Source of the DNA: the human T2T-CHM13v2.0 reference genome, Homo sapiens
NCBI RefSeq assembly: GCF_009914755.1
Contig: NC_060931.1
Strand: one strand, 5' to 3'
DNA length: 64,000 bases
Each line of letters begins with the position of its first letter. Position 1 is the stretch's first letter. A program made the position numbers and the translations under genes. Positions 25,357-37,572 of the stretch are shown here, in pieces. Below the pieces are notes generated by a model, which was not told the DNA's origin, ran no database searches, and saw only the letters and a program-made list of their open reading frames with translations.

Positions 25357-26150
25357 TGTAGTGGGTTAAATAATGTTCCCCCAAAATTCATATATGCCCA
25401 GAACTTCAGAATGCGACTTTATTTGCAAATAGGATCTTTGCAGATATAATTAGTTAAGAGGTCATATTGAACTAGGGTGAGCCCTAAATCCAATGACTAG
25501 CATTTTTATAAGAGAAAGGAGAGGGAGATTCAGACACAGACAAACATAAAGAGAAGATGGTCATGTGAAGAACAAGGCAAAATTGGAGTATTGCAGCTAC
25601 CCTAGTTGAGAACCACTGCTTTGCATGATGCCAGAAATGGATTGTCTGTTGTTGTATAACAAAATACCTCAAAACTTAGTAGATTTAAACAACCCAAACT
25701 ATTAATTTTGCTCGTAAATCTGCAGTTTAGGCAGGAAAGACAGCAAGGATACCTTGCCTCTGCTGCATACATCAGCTGAAATGGCCCAGCTGGGGCACTT
25801 CCTTGGCAAGTTGGTGCGGGCTGTCAGCTGGGGCATCAGTTCCTCTCTAGCTAGGCTTCTAGACTGGGTTTCAAAAGAAAATGTCCAAGCAGGAAAGTGG
25901 GTGACTGGGTTTCAAAAGAAAATGTCCAATCAGGAAAGGCAAGCCAAGGAATGCCAAGGATTGCCAGCAAACACTAGAAGCTAGGAAGAGGCAAAGAGAA
26001 TTCTTTCCTAGAACCCTCAGAGGGAGCATGGCCCTTCTGATACCTTGATTTCAGACTTCCAGCTTCCTGAGCCATGAGATAATAAATTTCTGTTATTTTA
26101 AGCCATCCAGTTTGTAGTAATTTGTTATGGCAGCCCTTGTAACTTGATAC
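25357..26150 (+). mobile_element. MaLR solo LTR (MLT1C-like), split by a ~340-bp insertion at 25601-25939
   Basis: 5' half ends ...GGAGTATTGCAGCTAC (25600) and the 3' half resumes CAAGCCAAGGAATGCCAAGGATTGCCAGC (25940), ending TTGTTATGGCAGCCCTTGTAACTTGATACA. Confidence 0.85.
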
Positions 26151-26539
26151 ACCCACTTTACATTGTTTAAGTTGGCTGTTGGTTATGTTTATCATTTAGC
26201 TCATTTGAACAGAATCATGATAAACCACGTATAGACCTGATTGAGACTAATTTGTATCATCCAGATATCCTAGATTTAGAGTTAGATGCAATTGTTATAT
26301 TTGAGCTGGGAAGAGTTAAATTTGTGTTTATACATGAAACAGATGTATTTTGGCAAAGCTGGGGGGGTATGAATGAAAAAAAGGCATGTTGGTGTATCAA
26401 GAACACAAGGAATAGATGTAACTGGGAATTATTATTTTCTGTTTAGAACAGAGATGCCCCATTAGCTTTCTGGGATTCCTTATTCTGTGAAGTTTGGTGA
26501 GTACACAAGAAACCTTGTCTATTTGCTCCATCTCAATCA

Positions 26540-28900
26540 TAAGCCCCTCCTGTCCCCATTAGTAACCATTTTCCTTATTTTTTAAATGCCAATTACTTCC
26601 TGCATTTTTAAAGAATTTCATTATTCAAACTCGTATCCCTAGACACTATGGTTTAATTTTATCCTCGCCTATTTTTAAATAATTGATATGTCTTTTTAAG
26701 TCTCCTAATCTATAGGTACTCCTTTCATCCCTTTCTTTTCCTTAGAATTTTATATTGAAGAACCAAGATCATTTGATCTGTAGAGTTTCCTGCAGTCTGG
26801 ATTTTGCTGATTTGGTGTTCTTGGAGTAGTTCAATATGTTCTTCTGTCCATGGCATTTCCTGCCAATTGGCAGCTGGATACAAAGATTGGACCAGATTCA
26901 GGTGTTACCCCTTTGGTAGCCCTATGGGAGGTGTTTGACACGTAATGTCAGATTGTGTCTCGTTTTATGATGGCAGCAGTCAGCGATACTGATTTTACTC
27001 ATTGTTTTGAAATGGTGATATTCTAATTCTATCATTTTTAATGTATTAGTTGGAATACTTCTATAAAGAGACACATTCTAATATTTGGTTATCCAGTGGT
27101 ACAGTTCATATTGAAAAGATACAATAAATCCTTGATTCTTTCTCTTTACTTACTAATTCTTTAGATTGTTAAATGCTTCCCTATTATTCTCCAAAGATGG
27201 CTCGTTTTAAAAATATTATTATGAATTTATAGATATTTGATGGGTTTTAGTTTACTGTAATTGTTATTATTATTGAAGCTCAAGTTGACCAATTTTTGGC
27301 CAGCAAGAGACTCTTCAAGCTGGCTTCTAACTTCTTTTGACATGAACCCAGTAGTTTTTCATACCCTCCTTGCTCTCTTCTATGACAACATGTTTCAGGC
27401 TTAACTTACACATTTTCTGCTTTAGAGCTGGAATCAGTAATTTTTCCATGAAGTTCTAGGTTCCTTTTAGTGATAAATTTTATTTCAAGATCACAATCTG
27501 GGTTCTAGAGATACTCTTTGCTACTAAGTTAGTCATTGTAGCCCTTCTCTGTGGAAAGAGCTAGTAAAGAGAGAGAAAGTCAAATTCAAAACTATTATAG
27601 TTTTAGGAATTTAGATTAACTTCTTTCTTCTACACCTCAAATCCTGGTTGTCAAGATGACAGGGGATGATAAAATTAGACTATCCCCTGATTACTCATTT
27701 GTCTTACTTCCTATTATATGCATAGCAGCAGATTACTAATGCTAATATTACCACCAATATGAATATTGAAAGTCTGTTAAAATTTGTATATGCTTTCCTC
27801 TCATTTTATTTTTATTATATCTACATTGTCAGATCATATGGTTAATATACATTACACTCTCTCCTTGTTCCTCATTTAGTTTTTGTTCTATAAGAGTTGT
27901 CTATATAGTTAACACTCACCTCCTTATTCCAATATCTCTCCAGTAACTTTGGTTGTCTGAAGCTCATTCTCTATAGATTCCTCATAAAGGGCTGATGGGA
28001 CCAATATTTCTTGAGTTCTCGTATGTTGATAAAAGTTTGTCTGTGTCCTTTACACTTGAAAGTCACTTCAAATAAAATCCTTGGCTCACAGTATCTTTCC
28101 TAAATATCTTGTTTGTCCATTTTTTTCTGACCTAAAGGGATTACTATGTCAGATGATAATATAATTTTCTTTCTAAGTTATATACACTTTAAAAAATCTA
28201 AATACCCAAAGGATTTTTCCCCCCATTCTTCAAAGTCCAGTAATTTTACTAGATTATGCTTTGGTGTTGATTTTTCTGAGTTGATAGTGTCAGGTATGTA
28301 GAGCAATCTTTCAATATCTAGTTTTAAATCTTTTTTTAATTCAAGAAATACTTCTTTAATTATAGCTCTTAGTATTTGTTTTTTTCCTTTGGTTTGGTTT
28401 TCTTCTTCAGGGATTCCTATCATCCTTGTGTTTCATCTTTTTAGTCTATTTTCAATACTTGTTACTTTCTCTAGACTGTATCTTTTTTAAATATTCTTCT
28501 TCTGTTTTGCCTTGTATTGGTCTTAGCCATTATCAGTTTTTTGCTCTTTTATTCTTTTACTTTAGTCTTCATTTTGTTAATATTGTTTTCTTCATTTCTA
28601 ATTTTTTCCTAAGTTCTCTCAACTCACTTCTTAGTTTTTCTAATTCTGATTTGTGTGATCCTTTACATATATTATCTTGTTAATGCCTTTTAGCTTGTTC
28701 TAAAATAATAGCCTATAGTTTTGTTTTGTGGACACATTTTTCTGATGCTCTTTCACTATCTGTAGTGATGTTATGCTGCTCCTTTTTTCTCTTTTTTTGT
28801 TATGACAACTTTTATGGAATTTGATCTTGATAATTTGCTGTTGCTCATTTTCATGTGGTATTAGTTTTCCTGAACTTTTATAATAATGCAAGGTTCAGAA
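26540..28900 (-). mobile_element. Old L1M 3' fragments plus an L1/HAL1 ORF1-like remnant
   Basis: Minus ORF 28178-28423 (IGIPEEENQ..IIKEVFLELKKDLKLDIER..STPKHNLVKLLDF) resembles the L1 ORF1p RRM region; 26540-27880 looks like antisense L1MC/ME 3'UTR. Confidence 0.65.
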
Positions 28901-28934
28901 AATCTTGCCCAACTTAGCTCCATCTTTCTTTGTT

Positions 28935-29253
28935 TTTATTTTATTTATTTATTTATTTATTTAATTTTTTTGAGACGGAGTTTTGCTCTTGTTGTTCGGG
29001 CTGGAGTATAATGGTGTGATTTTGGCTCACTGCAATCTCTGCCTCCTGGGTTCAAACGATTCTCCTGTCTCAGCCTTTTGAGTAGCTGGGATTACAGGCA
29101 TGCACCACCACGCCTGGCTAATTTTGTATTTTGAGTAGAGACAGGGTTTCACCGCGTTGGTCAGGCTGGTCTTGAACTCCTGACCTCAGGTTATCCTCCC
29201 GCCTCGGCCTCCCAAAGTGTTCGGATTACAGGCGTGAGCCACCACACCTGGCC
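28935..29253 (-). mobile_element. AluS element (Sq/Sp-like) with (TTTA)n tail
   Basis: TTTTTTGAGACGGAGTTTTGCTCTTGTTG...GTGAGCCACCACACCTGGCC. Confidence 0.95.
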
Positions 29254-29339
29254 TCCTTGTTTTTATAAAGTGCTAAAAATAAAAATAAATAAAAAATACA
29301 GCAGTACTTTTGAGATTTCCTGATACTGCTCCCCTCTCT

Positions 29340-29490
29340 GGCTGTTGAACATTTGAAGCATGGCCAGTGTGACTGAGAAGCCAAATTTTAAATTTTAATT
29401 AATTTTAACTAATTAAAACTTAAATAAAATTAATTAAAATTGAAATAACCACGTGCAGTTAGTGGCTACCAAATTGGATGGTGCCCTTCT
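29340..29490. mobile_element. MER3/MER33-like hAT MITE fragment
   Basis: GGCCAGTGTGACTGAG...AT-rich core...CCACGTGCAGTTAGTGGCTACCAAATTGGA. Confidence 0.7.
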
Positions 29491-31206
29491 AGACTTATTT
29501 CCATTGCCTCTACTGCCCCATCCTGCTCAACTTTGATTTCTCTCTAAGCAACTTCTGATTGTGGAAACTTGTCCTAGAAGAGAGTCCTGGAGGGTCAGCT
29601 TTGACATAGCACAAGGGCTAGATGGCTTCATTCCCTCCCTTTGATCCTTTTTACTTTTCCAGCTGCTATTATAAAATTGGCCTGAAACGCTTTACAATAA
29701 ATAACTGGAGGAGAGCATTCTAGTTCTTCCATCCATCAGACACCATTCCATTATTTTCTTCCCTCCTCAAAACATAATCTTTTATGCATATATGTCTTGT
29801 GGCTTTCGGTGGTTTGCCCTCACCTCTTGTGTTCTGGGGTTTATGAAGGTACCTTATTACCAAGTTTTATTGTAAAGTTTATCCCTGGGCATTTGGTTTT
29901 GCTAATTAGTGGATCTGGTTTTTGTTTGTTTGTTTATTTCTTAATGTAGATTTTTGTAGAGATTGAAAATTACACAGACACTCCTCTGTCCCCCTAAAAT
30001 GCTTGAAATAATGTATTTTTAAATAAGGTTTTTCCATTTAAAATAGTCATACTAATCATGGAATATTTTTAAAAGGAGGAAAGAAATCCCCATGGACCCA
30101 CCAATCAAAGGCAAACTGCGGGTGACATTTTAGTGTATTTCCCTCATGTTCTTTTTCTATTCATGGTATTTTTGTATAGCTGTGAGCATACTGTATATAC
30201 AATTCCATATTATATTCTGTTCTTATAACATTATAATTGTTTTCCATTACAAACATTCCTAAGTATCATTGATCAGTAACTATGCTAAATCTGTCATGTG
30301 GCTCATCCATTATTTACTTAGTCAATCCCCAATTTTTGGTCAATTAAAAAAGTTATGGGATATTAGTTTGCTCTAAGCTACATTGGCACCTATTTTCTTT
30401 AAAAAATATCCCTAGAGAACAACCTGTAATCTTATACAACCTGCTAATGAGGAATAATAGCTGTGTCAGGCTCACAAAGGAGTTCCTATGACAGGTGTTA
30501 ATAAATGATTAACATCTCTAAAGAGGCCTCCTGGGACCACATTAATAATTGATGAGACAGGTGTATCATTTTCATCTTGAAATGTTTACCTCATCTAGTA
30601 TAGAAAAGTTTTCAATAATTATTTTCCCTGGCATATGTAGTGTTTACTCCGTATGTGTATTTATGTGTGTATATGTATATATGTTTATGTATGTGTACTT
30701 GTGTATGTAGCATCATCTGTATCTTCAGCCCTGATGTTTCTTTTGTCCACCAGACTCATATCCTATTGGCCTTGCCAAATCAATACACACAAAACAAAAC
30801 CCATTATCTTTCTCAATCAAATTTTCTTCTCCACTTTTGTTTCCTGCCTTAAGGTGTGTGTTATATCCACCAAACTGGTCACCCAAAATAGATTCCTAAG
30901 AGATAGAAAATAGAATCCTAATGGATTCCTTATCCTCTCTCTTTTCAAGAATCAGTCAAGTCCAATATTTTCTACCTGTTTAATATCATTGATAAATCCT
31001 TCTAACTCTCCACAGTCATTGCTACTGCTTTACTTTGGCCCTCATCATATTTCTTGTGGGCTATAGCTAGAATCTCCTGATTAATCTTCCATTCTTTAGA
31101 CTTGTCCTATTCATTATCTACCCCCATTCCTAGCAATAAAATAAACATCTACAACTTTTTGCCCAAGTGGGGTTTCTGTAATTTAAATAGTTTTTGAAAT
31201 GTTCAG

Positions 31207-31430
31207 AAACATTGAGTACACCAGAACACACAGAGGGGAACAATAGACAATGGTACCTACTTGAGGGTAGAGGGTGGGAGGAGGGTGAGGTTCAAAAAGG
31301 TACCAGTTGTGTACTATGCTCACTACCTGGCTGATGAAATCATTTGTAAACCAAACCCCAGCAACATGCAATTTAATCATGTAACAAACCTGCAGATGTA
31401 CTCCCAAACCTATAATAAAAGTCAAGGGAA
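31207..31430 (+). mobile_element. L1 3' terminus (L1PA15/16-like)
   Basis: CCTACTTGAGGGTAGAGGGTGGGAGGAGGGTGAGG...CCAAACCCCAGCAACATGCAATTT...GTAACAAACCTGCA...AATAAAAGT. Confidence 0.85.
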
Positions 31431-32031
31431 AAAGTTCTCCAATATCGACAGAAAGAAAAATCTTCTGCTTGTACTTACTAAGCCTCTTCCTTTGCTAATT
31501 TCCTTGTAACATCTGAAACAGAGATAGATATCTTTGGAGGCATTTGGAAAACTCTTATTACTCCCTCTCTGTGAGATTTGTCCTACCTATAAGTTTGGGC
31601 TTTAGTCTATGTGTTGTCCTTTGTGTCTCTCAACTGGCACCAGCTTCAGCTAATTGAATCAGAAGTTTAAGCTTATCCAAGCTGGGCTATTTAAAGTCTT
31701 TTTGTTAGAGGGGTTGAAATCCCAAACTGGGTATTTTGCTTGAACTAGGGTGATGTCAATTAACGAGCTGAGACTGCCTTTATTGGTTGCCCATGTGTGC
31801 AGGAAAACAGAGTCTTCAAAGAGAAAGAACTAAAGCTGATGGAGGCCAAGCAGCAAGATGAGAGACCACATAACCCCAGTGAAGGAGTAGATTCCTTGTT
31901 CCAGATGTTGGCAAGTGCCTGGTCTAGTCGCAGATGCATCTGGCCCTTGAGTTTTGCAACAAGCCTCTGTATCCTTAAAATAAAATGCCATCTTTTTAAA
32001 AGTAAACTAGCTCGAGGGTTACTATTACTTG

Positions 32032-32452
32032 TGATATGGTTTGTATATTTGTCCCCACCCAAATCTCATGTTGAATTGTAATCCGTAATGCTGGAGGTAG
32101 GGCCCAATGGGAGGTGTTTGGATCATGAGTGGCTTGGGCCATCCCTTTGGCAATAAATGAGCATTCTCTCTGAGTTCACAGGGGAGCTGGTCATTTAAAA
32201 TTGTGTGGCACACCTCATCCTCCCCCACCAACACATTCTGTCTCTCTTGCTCCTGCTTTTACCATGTGAAGTGCTTTCTCCCACTTTGCCTTCTGCCATG
32301 ATTGTAAGCTTCCTGAGGCCTCCCCAGAAGCCAATGCAGAAGGTATGCTTCCTGTACAGCCTGTAGAACTGTGAGCTAATTAAACCTCTTTTCTTTATAA
32401 ATTACCCAGTCTCAGGTATTTCTTTATAGTAGTGCAAGAACGGCCTAATATA
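32032..32452 (+). mobile_element. MaLR solo LTR (MSTA-like)
   Basis: TGATATGGTTTG..CCCCACCCAAATCTCATGTTGAATTGTAATCC...TTAAACCTCTTTTCTTTATAAATTACCCAGTCTCAGGTATTTC; 5-bp TSD ACTTG (32027-32031 and 32453-32457). Confidence 0.92.
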
Positions 32453-32800
32453 ACTTGCAATCAAGAGTTTTAACTAAGACACTTATTCATCTTCCAAGAC
32501 TAAGCCAAGGTTACTCTTTTCTAAAGATTTTACAAATCCCAATACCACCTTCTCCCTGACTCTCACGTGTGCTTCCCTCTACCTGTAACATTTCATTACT
32601 CTTACACACCTGCTACTCCCATACTAATCTGTAAACTGCTTAAGAACAAAGGGAATGTCTTATGTATTTTTACATCTCTCCAGTGATGAAGGGTACATAA
32701 AAGTTTAACACATTTCCCTCATCGGATATTGTAATTTGATAGCATAGAAACTGAATTTAACCTGAATAAATATTTTGTTTGGCCTATACAGAGAACTTCA

Positions 32801-32860
32801 GTCTCTCTCTCTCTCTCTCCTCTGTCTCTGTCTCTGTCTGTCTCTCTCTCTCTGTGTGTG
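32801..32860. repeat. Compound (TC)n/(TCTG)n/(TG)n simple repeat
   Basis: Read directly from the sequence. Confidence 0.85.
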
Positions 32861-35289
32861 CCTGCACACATGTGTAAAATCTAGTATTTTCATTTACTTC
32901 TCTAAAGATAAAGATCTTAAGACCATTCCTTAGTATTATCCAGTATAGTATATTGATTTCCTCTCTACTTGATTGAAACAGCAGAGTTGGGCATTTATTT
33001 GGCTGATGTGTCCATAAGTTTTGTGGAAAAGTCAAGTCCAACATTGACTAAAGCACTCTGGTAGAAACAAAGGGAGATAAAATTATAAAGTAATATCTTT
33101 CCCCACAACTGCACCAAAAATGCACTTTCCAAAGTCACCAATGATCTCCTTTTTGTTAAATCCGAAGGGCATTTGACCCTTTTCTACAATTTGACATTGT
33201 TAACTAATTTCTTCTTCAATTTCCTTTCTTGCTTTTAGGGATTTGACTCCTAATTTTTTTCTTACCCTTAATCTAGCCCTTATCTCTTTTATGTGTTTCT
33301 CTTGCTCAGCCTTGCTCACTTGGTGTCTTTGATATTCTTCTCTTTTATTTTACTGTCTCCGAGGCTCATCTCACTTCTTGGCCTTTAATTATTTATTTAT
33401 GTAGGATGTGAACTCCTAAATCAGCATTCAAGATGTATATTTGGATACTCATTTCAATGTCTCAGTCTCAAACTCAATATATTAAAAGTTGTATCCTTTA
33501 TGTCCACCACCAGCCCCAAAGAATGCACAACTGAACAAAACCCTGACCATCATCCTATATTTTCTCTCTTTCTGAGCTATCCATAGAGGTGATCAAGATA
33601 GAAATGTGTGCCATCTTCTATTCATTCCACTGTCATCAACTACATGTACTCATCAAACCATGCCAGTTCTACCTCCTTAATAACTGTAGCTTAACACCTG
33701 AATAACTGAACAAAAACTTACAATTTAACTCTCTTAACACTTATCTACCTCAATTTTATTTTTATAATTTATACATAATCTATAATTATTTTTATATAAT
33801 TGGCACAGTGATAATTCCAGATAAAACTCACTGAATTTCTATTTCCATCCTTGCCAATGATACACACACACAATGTAATGCTGAGAGGGTTGGGAAGGAA
33901 GAATGGGAGAAAGGCAGAAGTTGACAGTTAAAAAAAAAAAGTTTCCAGATGGTTTTCTTAGTGTCATCTCTGCAACCTCATCAAATAAGGGTCCAAAATT
34001 TATGTTACAACATTTGTTTGATGCCTTATTTAAATTGCTTTACTGGACATTTTCCATCTGTTAAGCTCTCTGAAAGAAACAAAATTGCCTTGTCATAGCT
34101 AGACCTCATGATCCTATACACTTACAACGGGCAGACTTTGCAGGGGCCCACACCTTTCAAGGTGGTTTGGGAAAATGACACAGAAAAGTTTTACATCAGC
34201 TGAAAAGAAAAATGCATAACTCATTTTGGTAATTTCAGTTTTAATTCTTAATAGGATAAAGGAAACATGCACATTATAAATCAATGCTCTGTGTTAACAA
34301 ATAATCAAGTAAGCAGAGTTGCAAGTATTGGCTAAAATGAATTTTGGATATTTTTAGCTACCAAATTTCTCGAGGCAAGGCAGACATACATCTGGACCTG
34401 AATATCTGCATTATTAGGGAATTTTTGTTTGTTTGTTTTATATTGTTTTGTTATTTTTAAAAGTAGGTGCCAAATTAGGTCACCTGCTGTCTGGGCAATG
34501 TTATTTTTTGCCATAACCACAAATTGAAGAAAATTGACTGCTCTTTTTCCTTAGTCAACATGCTGTGCTTCCAGCCCCAAACATCTTTGAGAAGTTGTTT
34601 AGATTCATGAGCAATGCCTCTGTCCCCAACAGGCTAAGACATTAGGCAGGTCCCTGCACCTCTGGAGTCCTCAGTTCCCTGCAAAGTGAGGAAGCTAGAC
34701 TAAGTAATCGTTAGGCTCCCTTCCAGACCGACCAATCTGATGGTATTAGATGCAATTGCTCCTGAATTAGGGCATGAAATGAATTCAGCTTTGGTGCACC
34801 AATGTGATGACTCTGCTTCATCAAAGCCTGAGCACGCGATAGGCCTAGCACCATCTCACACAGAGACAAAGGGCAACCCTCTGCTTCCAAAGGAATGACA
34901 CAACCTGTTTCTGAAGTGATTCACATCATCTTTACTTTTGAACAACCCAATGCTCAGAAAACAATCTAAGAATCTTCGCTGACTTTAGGGATGTAAGATA
35001 CGGTTTCTTGACAGTATTTGGGATTGTGGAAAAAAGCAATTGAGGAAAGGGCATCTCCACAACGCAATATTGAATTTAGTGCCCAAGGTCCATCACAGGA
35101 ATCCCTAACGATCCCTACAATCTCTCTCTCTCTCTTTTTTTTCTCTCTTTACCCTGAAAATAAACTGAGAAGTTAGTATTGGGATAACTATTCCCCTTGA
35201 CCCAAATAAAAAGTCCTGGGCAAACACAGGTACAAATTGCCAAATGGAAAAAGTTCTTCTCCATCTTCAGCTAGAGGGAGGCTGGGGAT

Positions 35290-36100
35290 CCCAGCTCTTT
35301 AGAAGCCGGCCCGTGGACGCCCAGAGAATCCCTTCGGAGACCAGGTCAGGGTCACTGAGCTTGCCCAGCAGGGCGCCGCCTCGGACGCCGCCCCGCCTCT
35401 CACCTTGCCAGCGCCGCGCTCGGGCCGCGAAGGTGCGTGCGGCGCTCGGTGATTGGCGGCGGCCCGGAGCTGCCCGGCTGCCATTGGCTGCCCGGCCCCC
35501 TTTGTTCCCGGGTCCGGGCCGCAGGCCCGCTGCGGCGGACTGGGCGGCGGAAGTTCGACGGCGCCGGGCGAGTGGCTGTTGAGCGGCGCCGCGGGAGTTC
35601 CGCAGGTTTCCCGTGTTCGCAGCGGAGCCGGAGGCCAGCTGAACCCGGCCGTGGGATCCCGGATAGGAGGAGGAGGGGACCCATAGGACGCGTTAACATG
35701 GACCTGGAAAACAAAGTGAAGAAGGTAGGGGGGCGCTCGTGGCGGGCGGCGGCTGCTTCACCTGCGCGGGTCGCGCGGCGCGCGGCGGCCGGAGGTGCCG
35801 AGGTGGGTGGGGCTCGCGGGCCCCCCGGTGTGAGCCCGGCTCTGGGTCTGCGGTGCCCCGGGCCCAGGGACCTGGCCCCCTGGGTAGAGGAGGTGCTCGG
35901 CGGCCCCGCCAGCTCCCCACACTCGGGAGCGACAGAATTGGAAGCGCGAGCGAGGGCGGGCGCGGGACTCTTCTCTCCAGTCTCACGGAATCCCAGTGGT
36001 TGTAGGTGTTGGAAACTTTACTTAAGATGTTTCAGCTCTGCCTGTGCCTCCTCAAAAGGAAAGGACGAGCTTAGGGCGAGTGCGGGCGAGACCGTGACAC
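35290..36100 (+). promoter_or_regulatory. TES: TES CpG-island promoter, 5'UTR and start of intron 1
   Basis: Abrupt GC/CpG-rich block in AT-rich DNA; inverted CCAAT boxes (ATTGG 35452-35456, 35483-35487), GC boxes (CCCCGCC ~35391, GGGCGG 35542-35547), ETS motif CGGAAGT 35548-35554; no TATA box seen. Exact TSS cannot be read from sequence. Confidence 0.93.
35698..35724 (+). CDS. TES: Testin coding exon 1 (MDLENKVKK)
   Basis: ATG in strong Kozak context (AACATGG), 9 codons, donor AAG|GTAGGG at 35725 (phase 0); peptide recognised as the testin N-terminus. Confidence 0.96.
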
Positions 36101-37239
36101 TTCCTGGCTCAGGAAGTTGAATTTCATTAAGCCTTTGTGGTTTGGGGCTCTGCTGTGCTTTGACAGCTCTGATCTCCTCCCTTCCGGCTGGGCTGTCTGG
36201 GGCGCTCTAAAATGAGTGTTGATTTAATGCACTGCCTTCGCACCCGTGCTGGTGATAACTTCTAATGTGATTTTTTTTTCGGTCATTCATTACTTGTCTA
36301 CCGACCGAGGCAGTGCCTCCCTCTTAGGGAATTATCTGTCAAAGAGCGCATTCTCCTTGTTTGGCAGGTAGTCCCAAAGGGCGGTTGTCACCAGCGTCTC
36401 AGCGCAGGGAGACATTTTCAGCTTGGCTGCTGCCTCGCAGGCACTGGAACCGACGGCCCTACCTGAGCCACTCCCGGGTTATGCGGAGCCTGGTGTCGCC
36501 TGGGAGAAAAGGGTGGGGACCAGACTATGACTCAGAAGGAATGCTGATGTCACATTCGAGTGAATTGCCCTGTGCGAAAGTTCTCCTCGTTCCAGGGGAT
36601 TTGCTCATGTTTTACTTTGTGGTAAATTTAAGCTAGCTGTCCCTTATCAAATAGAGAAGTTTTGCAGAGAGAGGAAGGGAAAAATACAGAAAACAGTTTT
36701 TGTTTTTCTCATACTCATGGTTCCTAATATTTTATCTTCTAAACACAAAGTTTTTGACTTGAGCATTAATTCTATTTTATGCCCAGAACTGGATTTTTGA
36801 AAATGGATACAAAATATTGTGTTAGGACTGCAGAGTTTTCGGTTAGGAAGCTATTGACCAATAAAAACTCGAAATGAGAAAACAGTTTTTTTCATTCCTT
36901 GCGACTAAAATTCTCAGGCACTCAAAAAGGTATCCAAGAACAGAAAAACATAAATTGTTAATGGTAGCGTGATTGCATTCTATTCTCTTCCCATTTGGTT
37001 TCTTTCTTTTTTTCTTTTAAATAACTGTAATATTTTTGGTTAATCTTGCTTGTCATGGGGGAAAAGCGGGGAAAGCATTTTGCCCGCTTAGCTTTCTGTT
37101 GATGAATACTACTCTCATTTAGTTTTCAAGTAGGTAAGAGCTACTTAATTTAGTACTTGTCTAAAACTTGGGGGGTCTTGTCCTTGCTTTTAAGTATTTA
37201 TTTGAAGACAACTTTGCAAAAGTAAACATATTTTGGGCT

Positions 37240-37572
37240 GCCGAGGATGAACAGGTGAAGCACAGGATTTTTAGGGTAATGACACTATTCTGTATGATAC
37301 TATAAAATGGCTGATACATGTAATTATACATTAATCAAAATCCATAGAATGTAGAACACCAAGAGTAAACCCTAATGTAAACTATGTATGTTGGGGATAA
37401 TGATGTGTCAATGTGTTTCATCACTTGTAACAAATGTACTGCACTGATACGGGTTGTTGGTAGTCCGGGAGGCTGCTGGAGACAGGAAGGCATGGGGGAG
37501 GTACATGGGAACTTCGAATTTTCTGCTCAATTTTGCTGTGAAGCTAAAAAATGCTTTAAAAATAAAGTCTGT
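37240..37572 (+). mobile_element. L1MC-like 3' terminus in TES intron 1
   Basis: ACTATTCTGTATGATACTATAA...CCCTAATGTAAACTATG...TTCTGCTCAATTTTGCTGTGAAGCTAAAAATGCTTTAAAAATAAAGTCT. Confidence 0.82.

Noticed and set aside
35437-36120. 227-aa ORF as a single-exon gene
   Set aside because: It is TES 5'UTR, exon 1 and read-through into GC-rich intron 1; a canonical donor at 35725 joins in frame to exon 2.
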